Source of the DNA: Candidatus Arthromitus sp. SFB-rat-Yit
GTDB taxonomy: Bacteria > Bacillota > Clostridia > Clostridiales > Clostridiaceae
Reading direction: 5' to 3'
DNA: 32,000 bases
Assembly: GCF_000283555.1 (NCBI RefSeq)
Contig: NC_016012.1
Coordinates: 1,140,001-1,172,000, forward strand
In this document: positions 1 through 9,001 of the stretch, in pieces
How the letters are laid out: every line of letters starts with the position of its first letter
How positions within the stretch are numbered: position 1 is the stretch's first letter
The notes under the pieces: generated by a model
Database searches by the model: none
What the model was told of the DNA's origin: nothing
What the model saw: only the letters and a program-made list of their open reading frames with translations
Program-made: the position numbers and the translations under genes

Positions 1-186
1 ATGAACAGATACAATACTCCCAAAAAAGTGACTCCTTCTTTTACCTATTACAATTTTTATAAGATCATCAAAAAGCTGTTCACAGTTCTTTTCTTTCCAA
101 TCATAATTACGTTGATAAACTGGAATAACAAATCGTGTTTTAGAACCTTCTATATATTTTATTAAACTATCTTCTTGTCCCTTCAT
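1..186 (-). CDS. DUF262-domain protein, N-terminal 62 aa only (GmrSD-like type IV restriction family); continues past the left edge
   Basis: Absent from the ORF track because it has no stop in the window. The ATG at 186-184 has GGAGG (192-196) 5 nt upstream. Translation is MKGQEDSLIKYIEGSKTRFVIPVYQRNYDWKEKNCEQLFDDLIKI, which carries the F-x-IP-x-YQR-x-Y-x-W signature of the DUF262/ParB-like N-terminal domain. Confidence 0.6.
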   Translation of the reverse strand, partial: MKGQEDSLIKYIEGSKTRFVIPVYQRNYDWKEKNCEQLFDDLIKIVIGKRRSHFFGSIVSVH

Positions 187-241
187 TACTTCCTCCAAAA
201 ATTACAATATAATTAGCTACGACTTTGCTTTTAAAAAACTA

Positions 242-595
242 TTAGTGAATTATTCCATCTTCCATAGTGTATCCTTCTAAAGAATTTTCTTTAACTTGGA
301 TACAAACAAATGTCATTGCTTCATTTTCTGATGCAAAAAATTGGCGTTGTCCTTTTGGAGAAATACGAATCCAATCTCCAGCTAAGAGATCTATATTTTC
401 TCCATCTATGATTGCCTTTCCTTTACCAGATAAAATTGCGACAATTTCCTCATTTTGTTTATGTGAATGTATAAATGGAACTCCTGCACCTGCTGGAAGA
501 GTGTTTACACTAACTTCTGCCCCTGTTAAAGAAAGCGTATTATGTAATTCTGTTCTATTTCCTTCTTTAACATGTGTTTTAGTATAATTTTTCAT
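242..595 (-). CDS. cupin-domain protein (117 aa)
   Basis: Intact ORF with AGGAGG upstream. Shows the cupin_2 pattern G-x5-H-x-H (PFIHSHKQNEE) and a second beta-barrel motif (GDWIRISPKG). Confidence 0.75.
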   Translation of the reverse strand: MKNYTKTHVKEGNRTELHNTLSLTGAEVSVNTLPAGAGVPFIHSHKQNEEIVAILSGKGKAIIDGENIDLLAGDWIRISPKGQRQFFASENEAMTFVCIQVKENSLEGYTMEDGIIH

Positions 596-667
596 ATCTT
601 ATATCCTCCTTTAATTTAAAAATTTCACAGAAAAATTATATTATTCTCCAATTTTAATGTCAATTTA

Positions 668-706
668 TTAAAAAAATAAGAACCTTGAGTTTAAACCCAA
701 AGTTCT
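668..706 (-). terminator. rho-independent terminator downstream of the M28 peptidase gene
   Basis: Imperfect 11-bp hairpin at 679-706 (AGAACCTTGAG/CCCAAAGTTCT). On the minus strand it is followed by a T7 run, seen as the A-run 670-676 on plus. Confidence 0.5.
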
Positions 707-715
707 AATTTTTAA

Positions 716-1792
716 TTAAACATTTAATGATTCTCTTTTAGGAATAGCATTTTTATCATTAAATCTCAAAAATCCAGCAATATTATCAACTAAACTATTA
801 ATTCTTTGAAAATCTATTTTATCTATAGTATCAGTAAACCTGTGTATAGTTCCACTAGGATACGTATCCATAAAGAAAATAGCTTGAATCCCATTATACT
901 CAAAAGATGCATGATCACTATTATAATCTCTTATTTTTGTATCCTTTTTAATTTTTTCATTTGTTGAGTCCATATATTCAAATATTAACTTTGATAATTC
1001 AGGAGATCTCTTATCACTGCTATAAACAATAAGAGGAGATCCACCTTTGAAACCCACACAATCAATATTTATATTATAAATAGATTCATACCTATCTTTT
1101 ATATCATTAACTAATGCTCTACTACCAACAAGTCCAAGCTCTTCATGGTTAACTCCTGCTATTATTATATCAGTTTCAAAAGGAGTTTCTTTAGACATTT
1201 CTTTAAGTTTATATGCAAGTCTTAAAAGAGTCGTAGTTCCAGAAGCATTATCTATTGCACCATAATAAATTTGATTTTTTTCACCAGTAGTACTTAATCC
1301 ATAACCAACATGATCAATATGTGCTGTTATAACAACTGCTTTTTTCCTCTCAGCATGATTCGTTCCTTTAATTAAACCAACAACATTTTGTTCCTCTTCA
1401 TTTGGACGAATAAAATGTGGAAAAAATTCCCCACTAAAATTATATTTATGGAGGTAAGTATCCTTAAATAAATAATCCAAACCTATATTAGTAAATTGCT
1501 CATTCAAATATTTTACAGTCTTATCATTTCCATCAGTATCATCTCCTCTACCCTTTAATTCATCTGAAGTAAGAGTTCTCATAATTTTTTCAGCATCATC
1601 TATAAGTTCAAGGTTTTGAATAGGTGTATTATCTGATTCATTAAATTCATTTTTAATTGGAATAATCTCAGACTTTAGAATTGAATTATTGTAAATTTCT
1701 TTAATATTATCCTTATTTCCAATACAAGAATTTAAGACAAACAAAATACAACACGCAGCTAAAATACACTTTATTTTTCTAAATTTTTTCAT
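716..1792 (-). CDS. M28-family (amino)peptidase, predicted lipoprotein
   Basis: 358-aa ORF. Signal peptide with lipobox (LFVLNSC). M28 zinc-ligand context is present: HIDHVG, DNASG, EELGLVGS, NIDCVG, SDHASF. Confidence 0.8.
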   Translation of the reverse strand: MKKFRKIKCILAACCILFVLNSCIGNKDNIKEIYNNSILKSEIIPIKNEFNESDNTPIQNLELIDDAEKIMRTLTSDELKGRGDDTDGNDKTVKYLNEQFTNIGLDYLFKDTYLHKYNFSGEFFPHFIRPNEEEQNVVGLIKGTNHAERKKAVVITAHIDHVGYGLSTTGEKNQIYYGAIDNASGTTTLLRLAYKLKEMSKETPFETDIIIAGVNHEELGLVGSRALVNDIKDRYESIYNINIDCVGFKGGSPLIVYSSDKRSPELSKLIFEYMDSTNEKIKKDTKIRDYNSDHASFEYNGIQAIFFMDTYPSGTIHRFTDTIDKIDFQRINSLVDNIAGFLRFNDKNAIPKRESLNV

Positions 1793-1882
1793 ATAATAAC
1801 AATTCCTTAAATTTTATTTATTTAACATAATTAAAACACATATTTAAAATTTTTTCCAGATCATTTTATAACTATAAAATTT

Positions 1883-2440
1883 TCAATTATCATTAATAAA
1901 CTCCAACTCAAGTTTTCCCTCACTAACATTTAAAACTTTATATTTAGTATCTCTTGCTAATATTATTCCCTTATGATTTAACCAACCTGAATCTTTACCA
2001 ACATAAATAGACTTACTATTTCGAGGAACCTTAATCTCTATCATCAAAGAATTTCCCCGATTTCTTTCATTATTTAAAAAACATTCAGCCACTTTTTTAT
2101 CAACAGAAGTACTAAAATAATATCTTAGTTAAAAGTTCCGCCAACTTCAAGATATTTAAAATAGTTGCCGTTTACATCCTTAAAAACTATAAAATCAGAC
2201 TCGAAACATCTTCATGATAAACCTTAACTATATGTTTTTCACCTGATACATTTCTATTTATATCCCTACTTCTATAAGTATACATTAAAAAGTCCTGCTG
2301 CTCATGAAAATCCAAACTATTAAAAAAGGTTTTCCCAAGTAAATTGTACTTTGTAATTTGAGTCTTAGATAAAACATTATATCTAATGTTAGTAGTTTTG
2401 TTTACTATAGACACCACATCCCCCCATTCATAAGACTCAT
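1883..2440 (-). pseudogene. ADP-ribosyltransferase (R-S-E type ART domain), frameshifted and catalytically eroded
   Basis: Two track ORFs (2187-2417, 1883-2092) plus the unlisted bridge read as one ART domain in three frames. Segments are ..LDFHEQQDFLMYTYRSRDINRNVSGEK.., ..HIVKVYHED.., ..YFSTSVDKKVAECF.., ..IEIKVPRNSKSIYVG..GWLNHKGIILARDTKYKVLNV. The STS motif is kept. The Arg position reads H and the E-x-E position reads N-H-K. Confidence 0.55.
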
Positions 2441-2643
2441 ATTTTTATTATTACTCAACCTATGTACTAATGAACTTATACGAACAATTGAATGAGAAAC
2501 TTCCATATTAATTCCAAAACAACAATAGAGATATGCAAGTAAAGTTTTACCTGGTATCATAATTAACTCCTAAAAGAATTCAATACAAATATACAAAATT
2601 TATTCGTACATAAAAATAATTTCTTTATATAAATTATTAAATT

Positions 2644-2683
2644 AAAAAAGTCCCTTACCAACTCGATAGCAAAAGGACTTTTT
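2644..2683 (-). terminator. terminator hairpin retained behind the rubrerythrin relic
   Basis: AAAAAGTCC...GGACTTTTT stem with a roughly 20-nt loop. A T-run follows on the minus strand, and the hairpin lies directly 3' of the relic stop (2702-2704). Confidence 0.45.
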
Positions 2684-2701
2684 GTTATACAAATTTATCT
2701 A

Positions 2702-2990
2702 TTAATAATTATCAGCATGAACTTCAAAATAACTCTTAGAATGATTACATACTGGACATAGTTCTGGTGCTTTTGTACCAACTACAATATGTCCACAATT
2801 ACGACATTCCCAAACTTTCACTTCACTTTTTTCAAATACTTGTTATATTTCAATTTTAAAGAAACGTACGATATCTCTCTTCACAATGCTTTCCAATTCC
2901 AATTAACGCTCTAAATTTTATGACAAATTTCCATGAAACCCTTCCTAACCCGCAACATCTTTAAAGTTTTTCCATATTTATGTTCCTAAA
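2702..2990 (-). pseudogene. rubrerythrin, C-terminal half only, with stops and frameshifts
   Basis: The minus-strand reading gives ..KFRALIGIGKHCEERYRTFLKIEI*QVFEKSEVKVWECRNCGHIVVGTKAPELCPVCNHSKSYFEVHADNY*. This matches the rubrerythrin EKHHEERY helix plus the C-terminal rubredoxin-like CxxC..CxxC domain. The 5' half is missing. Upper coordinate is approximate. Confidence 0.7.
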
Positions 2991-3010
2991 TACCTGTCTA
3001 CTGATGTTTC

Positions 3011-3643
3011 TCAACTCACACCACTTACAACTTTTTCAAAATCAGATACACCATGTTTACATATAGGACAAATAAAATCATGAGGTAACTCTTCGCCAAC
3101 ATATTCATATCCACAAATCGAACATCTCCATATAGTTTGTCCATCTTTAGTTGATCCAACTGCCTGAGGTTTCGGCTTAATATTATTTAAATAATATTCA
3201 TAAGTTGCAGATGATACATGGCTCAATACCTCCATCTCAACAATATCACCAATAAACATCGTATGAGTTCCCAAATCTTGTATTCTGTTAACCTTAACAG
3301 ATATATAAGCATTACTTCCCTCTGTTATATAATAAATTCCTCTAGAATCTCTTTCACATTTTTCATAATCTTCAAATTTATTAACTAATTTACCTGTTTG
3401 AAATCCAAAATGTTTAATTAAATCAAATTTTGCATCTTGACTCAAAACAGATACTGTAAATTCCCCAGTTCTTTCAATCATTCCATGAGTATAAGATGAT
3501 TTATTCAAACAAATACTTAACTGACTTGGGGAATCAGTTACTTGAATAGCAGTGTTTATAATACACCCGTTATCTTTATCAGATTCCTTCGCAGTTAAAA
3601 CAAATAACCCATAACTTAATTTAAAAAGTGCTTTTTTATCCAT
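3011..3643 (-). CDS. flavin reductase-like domain fused to a rubredoxin (high-molecular-weight rubredoxin type)
   Basis: 210-aa intact ORF. The N-terminal flavin reductase fold reads YGLFVLTAKESDKDNGCIINT. The C-terminal rubredoxin reads WRCSICGYEY...FICPICKHGVSDFEKV. Confidence 0.8.
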   Translation of the reverse strand: MDKKALFKLSYGLFVLTAKESDKDNGCIINTAIQVTDSPSQLSICLNKSSYTHGMIERTGEFTVSVLSQDAKFDLIKHFGFQTGKLVNKFEDYEKCERDSRGIYYITEGSNAYISVKVNRIQDLGTHTMFIGDIVEMEVLSHVSSATYEYYLNNIKPKPQAVGSTKDGQTIWRCSICGYEYVGEELPHDFICPICKHGVSDFEKVVSGVS

Positions 3644-3682
3644 ATCAAAACCTCCTATTACACATAAAATTCAAAATAATTA

Positions 3683-4741
3683 TTATCTCTTTTTCAAATT
3701 TCGTTGAAATTCTTTAAATACTTTTTTACCACCAAACATACGATTTAACTTCTCTTGTTCACGTTGACGACAATTCATAGAATGATATCCTAACTCACGT
3801 TTCAATTTTTTATAGTTAATAAATCTATCTTCTTCTATTATACCATCCATAATTGCACTACGAACTGCACATCCAGATTCACCAGAATGAGTACAATTCC
3901 TAAATTTACACCTAGCTACAATCTCTTCAATATCCTCAAAAGTCTTTGACACATCTCCTGAGTAAATTGATAATTCACGCATCCCTGGCGTATCTATAAC
4001 AACTCCACCACTTGGTAACAAAATAAGTTGACGATAAGTCGTTGTATGTTTACCTTTATCATCACTCTCTCTAATCTCATTTGTTTTGATAAAATCTTTT
4101 CCAATAAGTTTATTTATTATTGTAGATTTACCTACACCCGAAGAACCAATAAATGCTACAGTTTGTCCTTCACATATATAATTTTTCAATTTTTCAAAAC
4201 AACTATCATCTTTATATGAGCATATAAAAATTTCCACACCTATACTTATAGTTTCTACCTCTAAAATCTTGCTTTCTATATTTTTGCATAAATCCGATTT
4301 AGTAAGAATAATAACAGGCTTGGCTTGACTATCCCAAGAAATAGTCAAATATCTTTCTAAACGTCTAAGATTAAAATCATCATTAAGTGACATACAAATA
4401 AATACAATATCAATATTAGATACTACAACTTGAACATTACTTGATGTTCCTGCTGACTGACGCACAAATACACTACTTCTTTTCAAAATATGGTGAATAG
4501 TAACATTGCCTCGAGTTTCAACATCTTTTACCATTACCCAGTCTCCAACAGCTGGATAATCTAATACATTGATTGCCAAATATCTAAATTTACCTGAAAC
4601 ATTAGCAAGTCGTTCCCCATTTTCACAAACAATTTTATATAAATTAAGATGTTGTTCAATAACCCTGGCCAAAACAAACCCTTCATACATTTTGGATTCT
4701 TGCTCAAAATAACTATTAAACCCATATTTTTTCAAATCCAC
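3683..4741 (-). CDS. rsgA: ribosome small-subunit-dependent GTPase A
   Basis: GTG start. Circularly permuted GTPase motifs are present: LTKSDL, GSSGVGKSTIINKL, DTPGMRE. The C-terminal zinc knuckle reads CKFRNCTHSGESGCAV. Confidence 0.9.
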   Translation of the reverse strand: MDLKKYGFNSYFEQESKMYEGFVLARVIEQHLNLYKIVCENGERLANVSGKFRYLAINVLDYPAVGDWVMVKDVETRGNVTIHHILKRSSVFVRQSAGTSSNVQVVVSNIDIVFICMSLNDDFNLRRLERYLTISWDSQAKPVIILTKSDLCKNIESKILEVETISIGVEIFICSYKDDSCFEKLKNYICEGQTVAFIGSSGVGKSTIINKLIGKDFIKTNEIRESDDKGKHTTTYRQLILLPSGGVVIDTPGMRELSIYSGDVSKTFEDIEEIVARCKFRNCTHSGESGCAVRSAIMDGIIEEDRFINYKKLKRELGYHSMNCRQREQEKLNRMFGGKKVFKEFQRNLKKR

Positions 4742-4762
4742 ACTTATTTTCCCCCTATGTTT

Positions 4763-6094
4763 TTATAAATAATGATACTTTTTCCTCTTTCCAATAATAA
4801 ATGAAACCGTCATAATTACAGCTATAATTTCAGCAGCTACAACTGAAAACCATATACCATTAATTCCAAAAATCATAGGGAACACAATTACAGCTATAAT
4901 TTGAAATACCAAGCTACGCAAAAATGAAATCAATGCAGAAGTTAAACCATCATTAAGTGCTGTAAAGAAAGATGAGCCATAAATAGCAACCCCAGAAAAT
5001 AAAAATGAAATCGAATAAATTTTAAATGCCTTTGTTGCCATATTTAAAAGTTCAGAATCATATCCAACAAATATACTAGCTAATCTACCACCAAAAAACT
5101 CTGCCATCCCAAACATAATAACTGCAAAAATAGATATAATAACAAAACTCTTTGTTAACAATCTCTTTAACTCCGAATGATTCTTTGCTCCATAATTATA
5201 ACCAATTACAGGTGCTATTCCAGATGAATATCCAATAAAAACAGAAAGGAAAATAGTATTAACATACATCAATACTCCATATACAGCAATTCCATTTTCA
5301 CCTGCATATTTCATAAGCTGAAAATTATACAACATACCCACAATTGATATAGAAATATTGTTCATAAATTCTGAACAACCATTTGAACAAGATTTTAATA
5401 ATGCCTTCACATCCATTTTTGTTTTTGTTAATCTCAATGCGGTATTATTTGGTATACAAAAATATAAAACTGAAATCACAGCCCCAATTATCTGACTTAT
5501 CGTTGTAGCAATAGCTGCTCCAGAAATTCCCCAAGAAAAAACTCCCATAAATAATATATCTAAAACAATATTTGTAACTCCACAGATTACTGTAGTTATA
5601 AGACCTATATTTGGTTTCCCTGCTGTAACAAAAAAACTTTGAAATTCAAATAAAATCATATAAAAAGGTACCGCAAACAATATAATCTTTCCATATGAAA
5701 CACAATTTTTTAATAATTCTCCCCTAGCACCTACGAGATATACAATCGGCTCAATAACTAAAAAAGCTATTACAGCTATAATAATTCCAAAAACAATTGT
5801 TGTATATACAACCAATGAAAAAAGATTTCTTGCTTTTTCCTCATTCCCCTCCCCTAAGGTTTTAGAAACAAGAGCACTACCTCCAGATCCAAACATCATT
5901 CCAATAGAAGCCAAAATTATAAGTATTGGAACAATAAAATTAATTGCAGCAAATGGTACCTTCCCAACAAAGTTAGAAACAAAAAATCCATCCACCACCA
6001 TATAAATAGAAGTAAACACCATCATAACTATCGATGGAAATGTAAATCTTAGTAATTTTTTATAATTAAAACTATCTGAAAGTTGTATATCCAT
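4763..6094 (-). CDS. MATE-family efflux transporter
   Basis: 443 aa, about 12 TM helices, with a typical MATE N-terminus (LLRFTFPSIVMMVFTSIYMVVDGFFV). Its start lies 1 nt after the MarR stop, consistent with an operon. Confidence 0.9.
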   Translation of the reverse strand: MDIQLSDSFNYKKLLRFTFPSIVMMVFTSIYMVVDGFFVSNFVGKVPFAAINFIVPILIILASIGMMFGSGGSALVSKTLGEGNEEKARNLFSLVVYTTIVFGIIIAVIAFLVIEPIVYLVGARGELLKNCVSYGKIILFAVPFYMILFEFQSFFVTAGKPNIGLITTVICGVTNIVLDILFMGVFSWGISGAAIATTISQIIGAVISVLYFCIPNNTALRLTKTKMDVKALLKSCSNGCSEFMNNISISIVGMLYNFQLMKYAGENGIAVYGVLMYVNTIFLSVFIGYSSGIAPVIGYNYGAKNHSELKRLLTKSFVIISIFAVIMFGMAEFFGGRLASIFVGYDSELLNMATKAFKIYSISFLFSGVAIYGSSFFTALNDGLTSALISFLRSLVFQIIAVIVFPMIFGINGIWFSVVAAEIIAVIMTVSFIIGKRKKYHYL

Positions 6095-6095
6095 A

Positions 6096-6527
6096 CTAAA
6101 ACTCCTTTGCTTTCGTCTTAAAATCTCTTAAATATCGCTGTGTTAATCCTATGTAAATACTTCTTTCTTCATCAGACCATGAAGAGAATATATCATTTTC
6201 TGCTTCAATAACACGAAGAACTGTATCATTAACAAGTTCTCTTCCTTTTTTAGTAAGATATACTTTCTTCTTTCTTCCGTCAAAAGTTTTCAAATAAACG
6301 ATATTATCTAACTCTAATTTACGTAAGGCAGAATTAATAGTTTGCTTGCTAGCTCCGACTATTATATCTTTAAGCATACATTCACCATTACAAGTACAAA
6401 GTGTGTATAAAACTAACATTACACTATCACTAATTCCTAGCTTAAGTGCCACCTCATGATAAACTGCATCTATCTTTGACATCAGTAAGTTAAATCGTTT
6501 TATTCCAGAATCACTGTAAAATTCCAT
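6096..6527 (-). CDS. MarR-family transcriptional regulator
   Basis: 143 aa. Winged-helix core reads LKDIIVGASKQTINSALRKLELDNIVYL...DGRKKKVYLTKKGREL. GGAG RBS present. Confidence 0.85.
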   Translation of the reverse strand: MEFYSDSGIKRFNLLMSKIDAVYHEVALKLGISDSVMLVLYTLCTCNGECMLKDIIVGASKQTINSALRKLELDNIVYLKTFDGRKKKVYLTKKGRELVNDTVLRVIEAENDIFSSWSDEERSIYIGLTQRYLRDFKTKAKEF

Positions 6528-6568
6528 AAATATTTCTCCTTTGTATGATTTCGTACACAGCGTTAATA

Positions 6569-6597
6569 AGTTTAGTGTAAATTCAAACTTTTGTCAA
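6569..6597 (-). promoter_or_regulatory. candidate sigma-A promoter of the marR-MATE operon
   Basis: Minus strand reads TTGACA (6597-6592), 17 nt, TAAACT (6574-6569), about 40 nt upstream of the marR ATG. Confidence 0.4.
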
Positions 6598-6637
6598 ATA
6601 ATTTTAATCTTCTAAATTCCTAAACATAAAATTCTTA

Positions 6638-6674
6638 AATTAAAAACACTACTAACTCTTTTATAGTAGTGTTT
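6638..6674 (-). terminator. rho-independent terminator downstream of catalase
   Basis: Perfect 11-bp stem AAACACTACTA (6644-6654) / TAGTAGTGTTT (6664-6674) with a 9-nt loop. A T-run follows on the minus strand. Confidence 0.7.
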
Positions 6675-6774
6675 AAATTTTTAGCTTCAATTTTAATATA
6701 TCTGTTAATTTAATCAACACAAATTCAATATTCCTATACATAGTAAAAACTAATTATACACATAAAACATTAAA

Positions 6775-8241
6775 CTATTTAACTTCATTCATACAAATTC
6801 CTAAAGCATCTGCAATACCTTGTCCATATTCTGGATCTGCTTTATAACAATTTGATATATGCCTCATCTTAATTTCCTTTGGAATATCTCCCATAGAACG
6901 AGCAGTATTTTCAAATAAAGCTCTTTTTTGCTCTGATGACATCAATCTAAATAATTTTCCTGGCTGTGTATAGTAATCGTTATCATCTTCCCTAAAATTC
7001 CAACAATTAGCATCACCACTTAAGCCCAACGAAGGTAACTTATATTCTGGTTGTTCTTCCCACTCACCATAACTATTCGGCTCATAACCTAAAGTACTTC
7101 CAGAATTTCCATCTACTCTCATTTTACCATCCCTATGAAAACTATTAACCTTACACCTAGGTGCGTTAACAGGTATTTGGTGAACATTCACTCCAAGTCT
7201 ATATCTTTGAGCATCACCATAGGCAAACAATCTTCCTTGTAGCATTTTATCAGGGGAAAAACCTATTCCAGGTACAACACTTGCCGGATTAAATGCTGCT
7301 TGTTCGACCTCTGCAAAATAGTTTTCTGGGTTGCGATTAAGTTCTAAATATCCAACCTCAATTAAAGGAAATTCAGCCTTATACCAAACCTTTGTCAAAT
7401 CAAATGGATTATACGGCATATTTAATGCCTGCTCTTCAGTCATTACCTGAATATACATTTTCCATCGTGGATAATTACCTTTTTCGATGCTATCATATAA
7501 ATCACGTTGATGTGCTTCACGATCTTTCCCTGTTATTATCTCTGCTTCTTCATCTGTTAAATTTTTAATTCCTTGTTGAGTAATAAAATGGAATTTAACC
7601 CAAACACGCTCATTTTTATCATTTATCATACTAAAAGTATGACTTCCAAAACCATGCATGTGCCTATATGATACTGGTATCCCCCTATCACTCATTGTAA
7701 TTGTAACTTGATGAAGAGCCTCTGGAAGTAATGTCCAAAAATCCCAGTTATTTTTTGCACTTCTCATATTCGTTCTTGGATCCCTTTTAACAGCATGATT
7801 CAAATCTGGAAATTTTAGTGGATCTCTTAAGAAAAACACTGGAGTATTATTTCCTGCTAAATCCCAATTCCCCTCTTCTGTATAAAATTTTATAGCAAAA
7901 CCTCTAATATCTCGCTCTAGATCTGCAGCTCCACGCTCACCCGCAACTGTAGAAAATCTTATAAATAAATCAGTTTTTTTACCAATCTCTGAAAATATTT
8001 TAGCCTTAGTATATTTCGTAATATCATGCGTAACAACAAAAGTCCCATATGCTCCAGAACCTTTTGCATGCATTCTTCTTTCTGGTATTACCTCTCTATC
8101 AAAATGTGCAAGTTTTTCTAAAAACCATACATCTTGAAGTAGCATAGGTCCTCTTGGTCCTGCTGTCATAGTATTTTGATTATCTGATACCGGTGCTCCA
8201 AAAACTGTTGTAAGTTTTTTATTTCTATTTTCTGGATTCAT
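6775..8241 (-). CDS. katA: monofunctional heme catalase
   Basis: Canonical catalase sequence: [41 protein letters not shown]-like, [27 protein letters not shown]. The start is moved to the ATG at 8241, which has GGAGG 8 nt upstream. The track TTG start at 8259 lies inside the RBS. Confidence 0.95.
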   Translation of the reverse strand: MNPENRNKKLTTVFGAPVSDNQNTMTAGPRGPMLLQDVWFLEKLAHFDREVIPERRMHAKGSGAYGTFVVTHDITKYTKAKIFSEIGKKTDLFIRFSTVAGERGAADLERDIRGFAIKFYTEEGNWDLAGNNTPVFFLRDPLKFPDLNHAVKRDPRTNMRSAKNNWDFWTLLPEALHQVTITMSDRGIPVSYRHMHGFGSHTFSMINDKNERVWVKFHFITQQGIKNLTDEEAEIITGKDREAHQRDLYDSIEKGNYPRWKMYIQVMTEEQALNMPYNPFDLTKVWYKAEFPLIEVGYLELNRNPENYFAEVEQAAFNPASVVPGIGFSPDKMLQGRLFAYGDAQRYRLGVNVHQIPVNAPRCKVNSFHRDGKMRVDGNSGSTLGYEPNSYGEWEEQPEYKLPSLGLSGDANCWNFREDDNDYYTQPGKLFRLMSSEQKRALFENTARSMGDIPKEIKMRHISNCYKADPEYGQGIADALGICMNEVK

Positions 8242-8317
8242 TTTAGCTACCTCCTTCAATTATTAATGTTAAATAATTTAAAATAATATATGATAATTAA
8301 ACGGAATTACATGATCC

Positions 8318-8746
8318 TCATGCACCCTCTAATACTTGAATACACTCCGAACATAATCCTTTAACATAAACATCTTTTTCTTGAATATGAAATTTATTTA
8401 AAAAATCACTATAAATTTTATCAACATCAATTTCAAAGTCATATATCATATCACAATTTTTACATTTAAAATGGCCATGATTAGATGTAATTATGTCATA
8501 TCTCAACTCATTCTCTTCAATACAAATACCTTTCAATATATTTGATTCCATAAAAACATTAATTGTATTATATACAGTTGATTTTGATAATGTTGGAATT
8601 TCTTCCAAAACTCTTTTATAAACTTCATCTGCCGTTGGATGATCATTGTATTTCATCAAATTTTCAAGTATTTTCACTCGTTGAAAAGATGGCTTTATAT
8701 TATGCTTAACCAAATACTCAGTCAAATTTTCAATTTTATCATTCAC
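8318..8746 (-). CDS. perR: Fur-family regulator, PerR-like
   Basis: 142 aa, GTG start. The HPTADEVY helix is present. The regulatory-site pattern RYDIITSNHGHFKCKNCDMIYDF aligns with B. subtilis PerR D85/H91/H93/D104. Two CxxC pairs are present (CKNC, CSEC). It lies directly upstream of catalase. Confidence 0.75.
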   Translation of the reverse strand: MNDKIENLTEYLVKHNIKPSFQRVKILENLMKYNDHPTADEVYKRVLEEIPTLSKSTVYNTINVFMESNILKGICIEENELRYDIITSNHGHFKCKNCDMIYDFEIDVDKIYSDFLNKFHIQEKDVYVKGLCSECIQVLEGA

Positions 8747-8763
8747 AAGAAATCACTCTTTCT

Positions 8764-8778
8764 TAATAATAATTATCA
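8764..8778. promoter_or_regulatory. Fur-family 7-1-7 operator-like box
   Basis: TAATAATAATTATCA matches the classic Fur consensus TGATAATNATTATCA at 14 of 15 positions. It lies between the predicted -10 and the perR start codon. Confidence 0.45.
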
Positions 8779-8788
8779 CTTTATATTG

Positions 8789-8818
8789 ATTATAATTTAG
8801 TTTTTTATATTATGTCAA
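8789..8818 (-). promoter_or_regulatory. sigma-A promoter of perR (and probably katA)
   Basis: Minus strand reads TTGACA (8818-8813), 18 nt, TATAAT (8794-8789). Confidence 0.55.
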
Positions 8819-9001
8819 TAAAAATATTAAACTTTAAAAAATATATTAAACCGATTTAATTCATTTGGAATGAGCAATATCATAGCCTACAAAGTTATTC
8901 TAGCTATTATAATTATCGTATTTATTGTTTTAAAAATAATAAATACTTTTCCAGAAAAAAACCATAAAACAAAATTTTCAATAAAAATATACTTTAAATA
9001 A

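Noticed and set aside
2409-2562. A 51-aa minus-strand ORF (MIPGKTLLAYLYCCFGINMEVSHSIVRISSLVHRLSNNKNMSLMNGGMWCL) upstream of the ART relic.
   Set aside because: It matches no recognisable family and has no clear RBS. It lies in what is probably the decayed 5' region of the ART-containing gene.
8870-9001. A 43-aa hydrophobic plus-strand ORF (MSNIIAYKVILAIIIIVFIVLKIINTFPEKNHKTKFSIKIYFK) between perR and bioY. It resembles a type I toxin peptide.
   Set aside because: There is no usable Shine-Dalgarno (only TTTGGA abutting the ATG), no obvious promoter or antisense partner, and T-rich intergenic DNA readily yields I/L/F/V-rich ORFs. It deserves a look only if Ribo-seq data exist.
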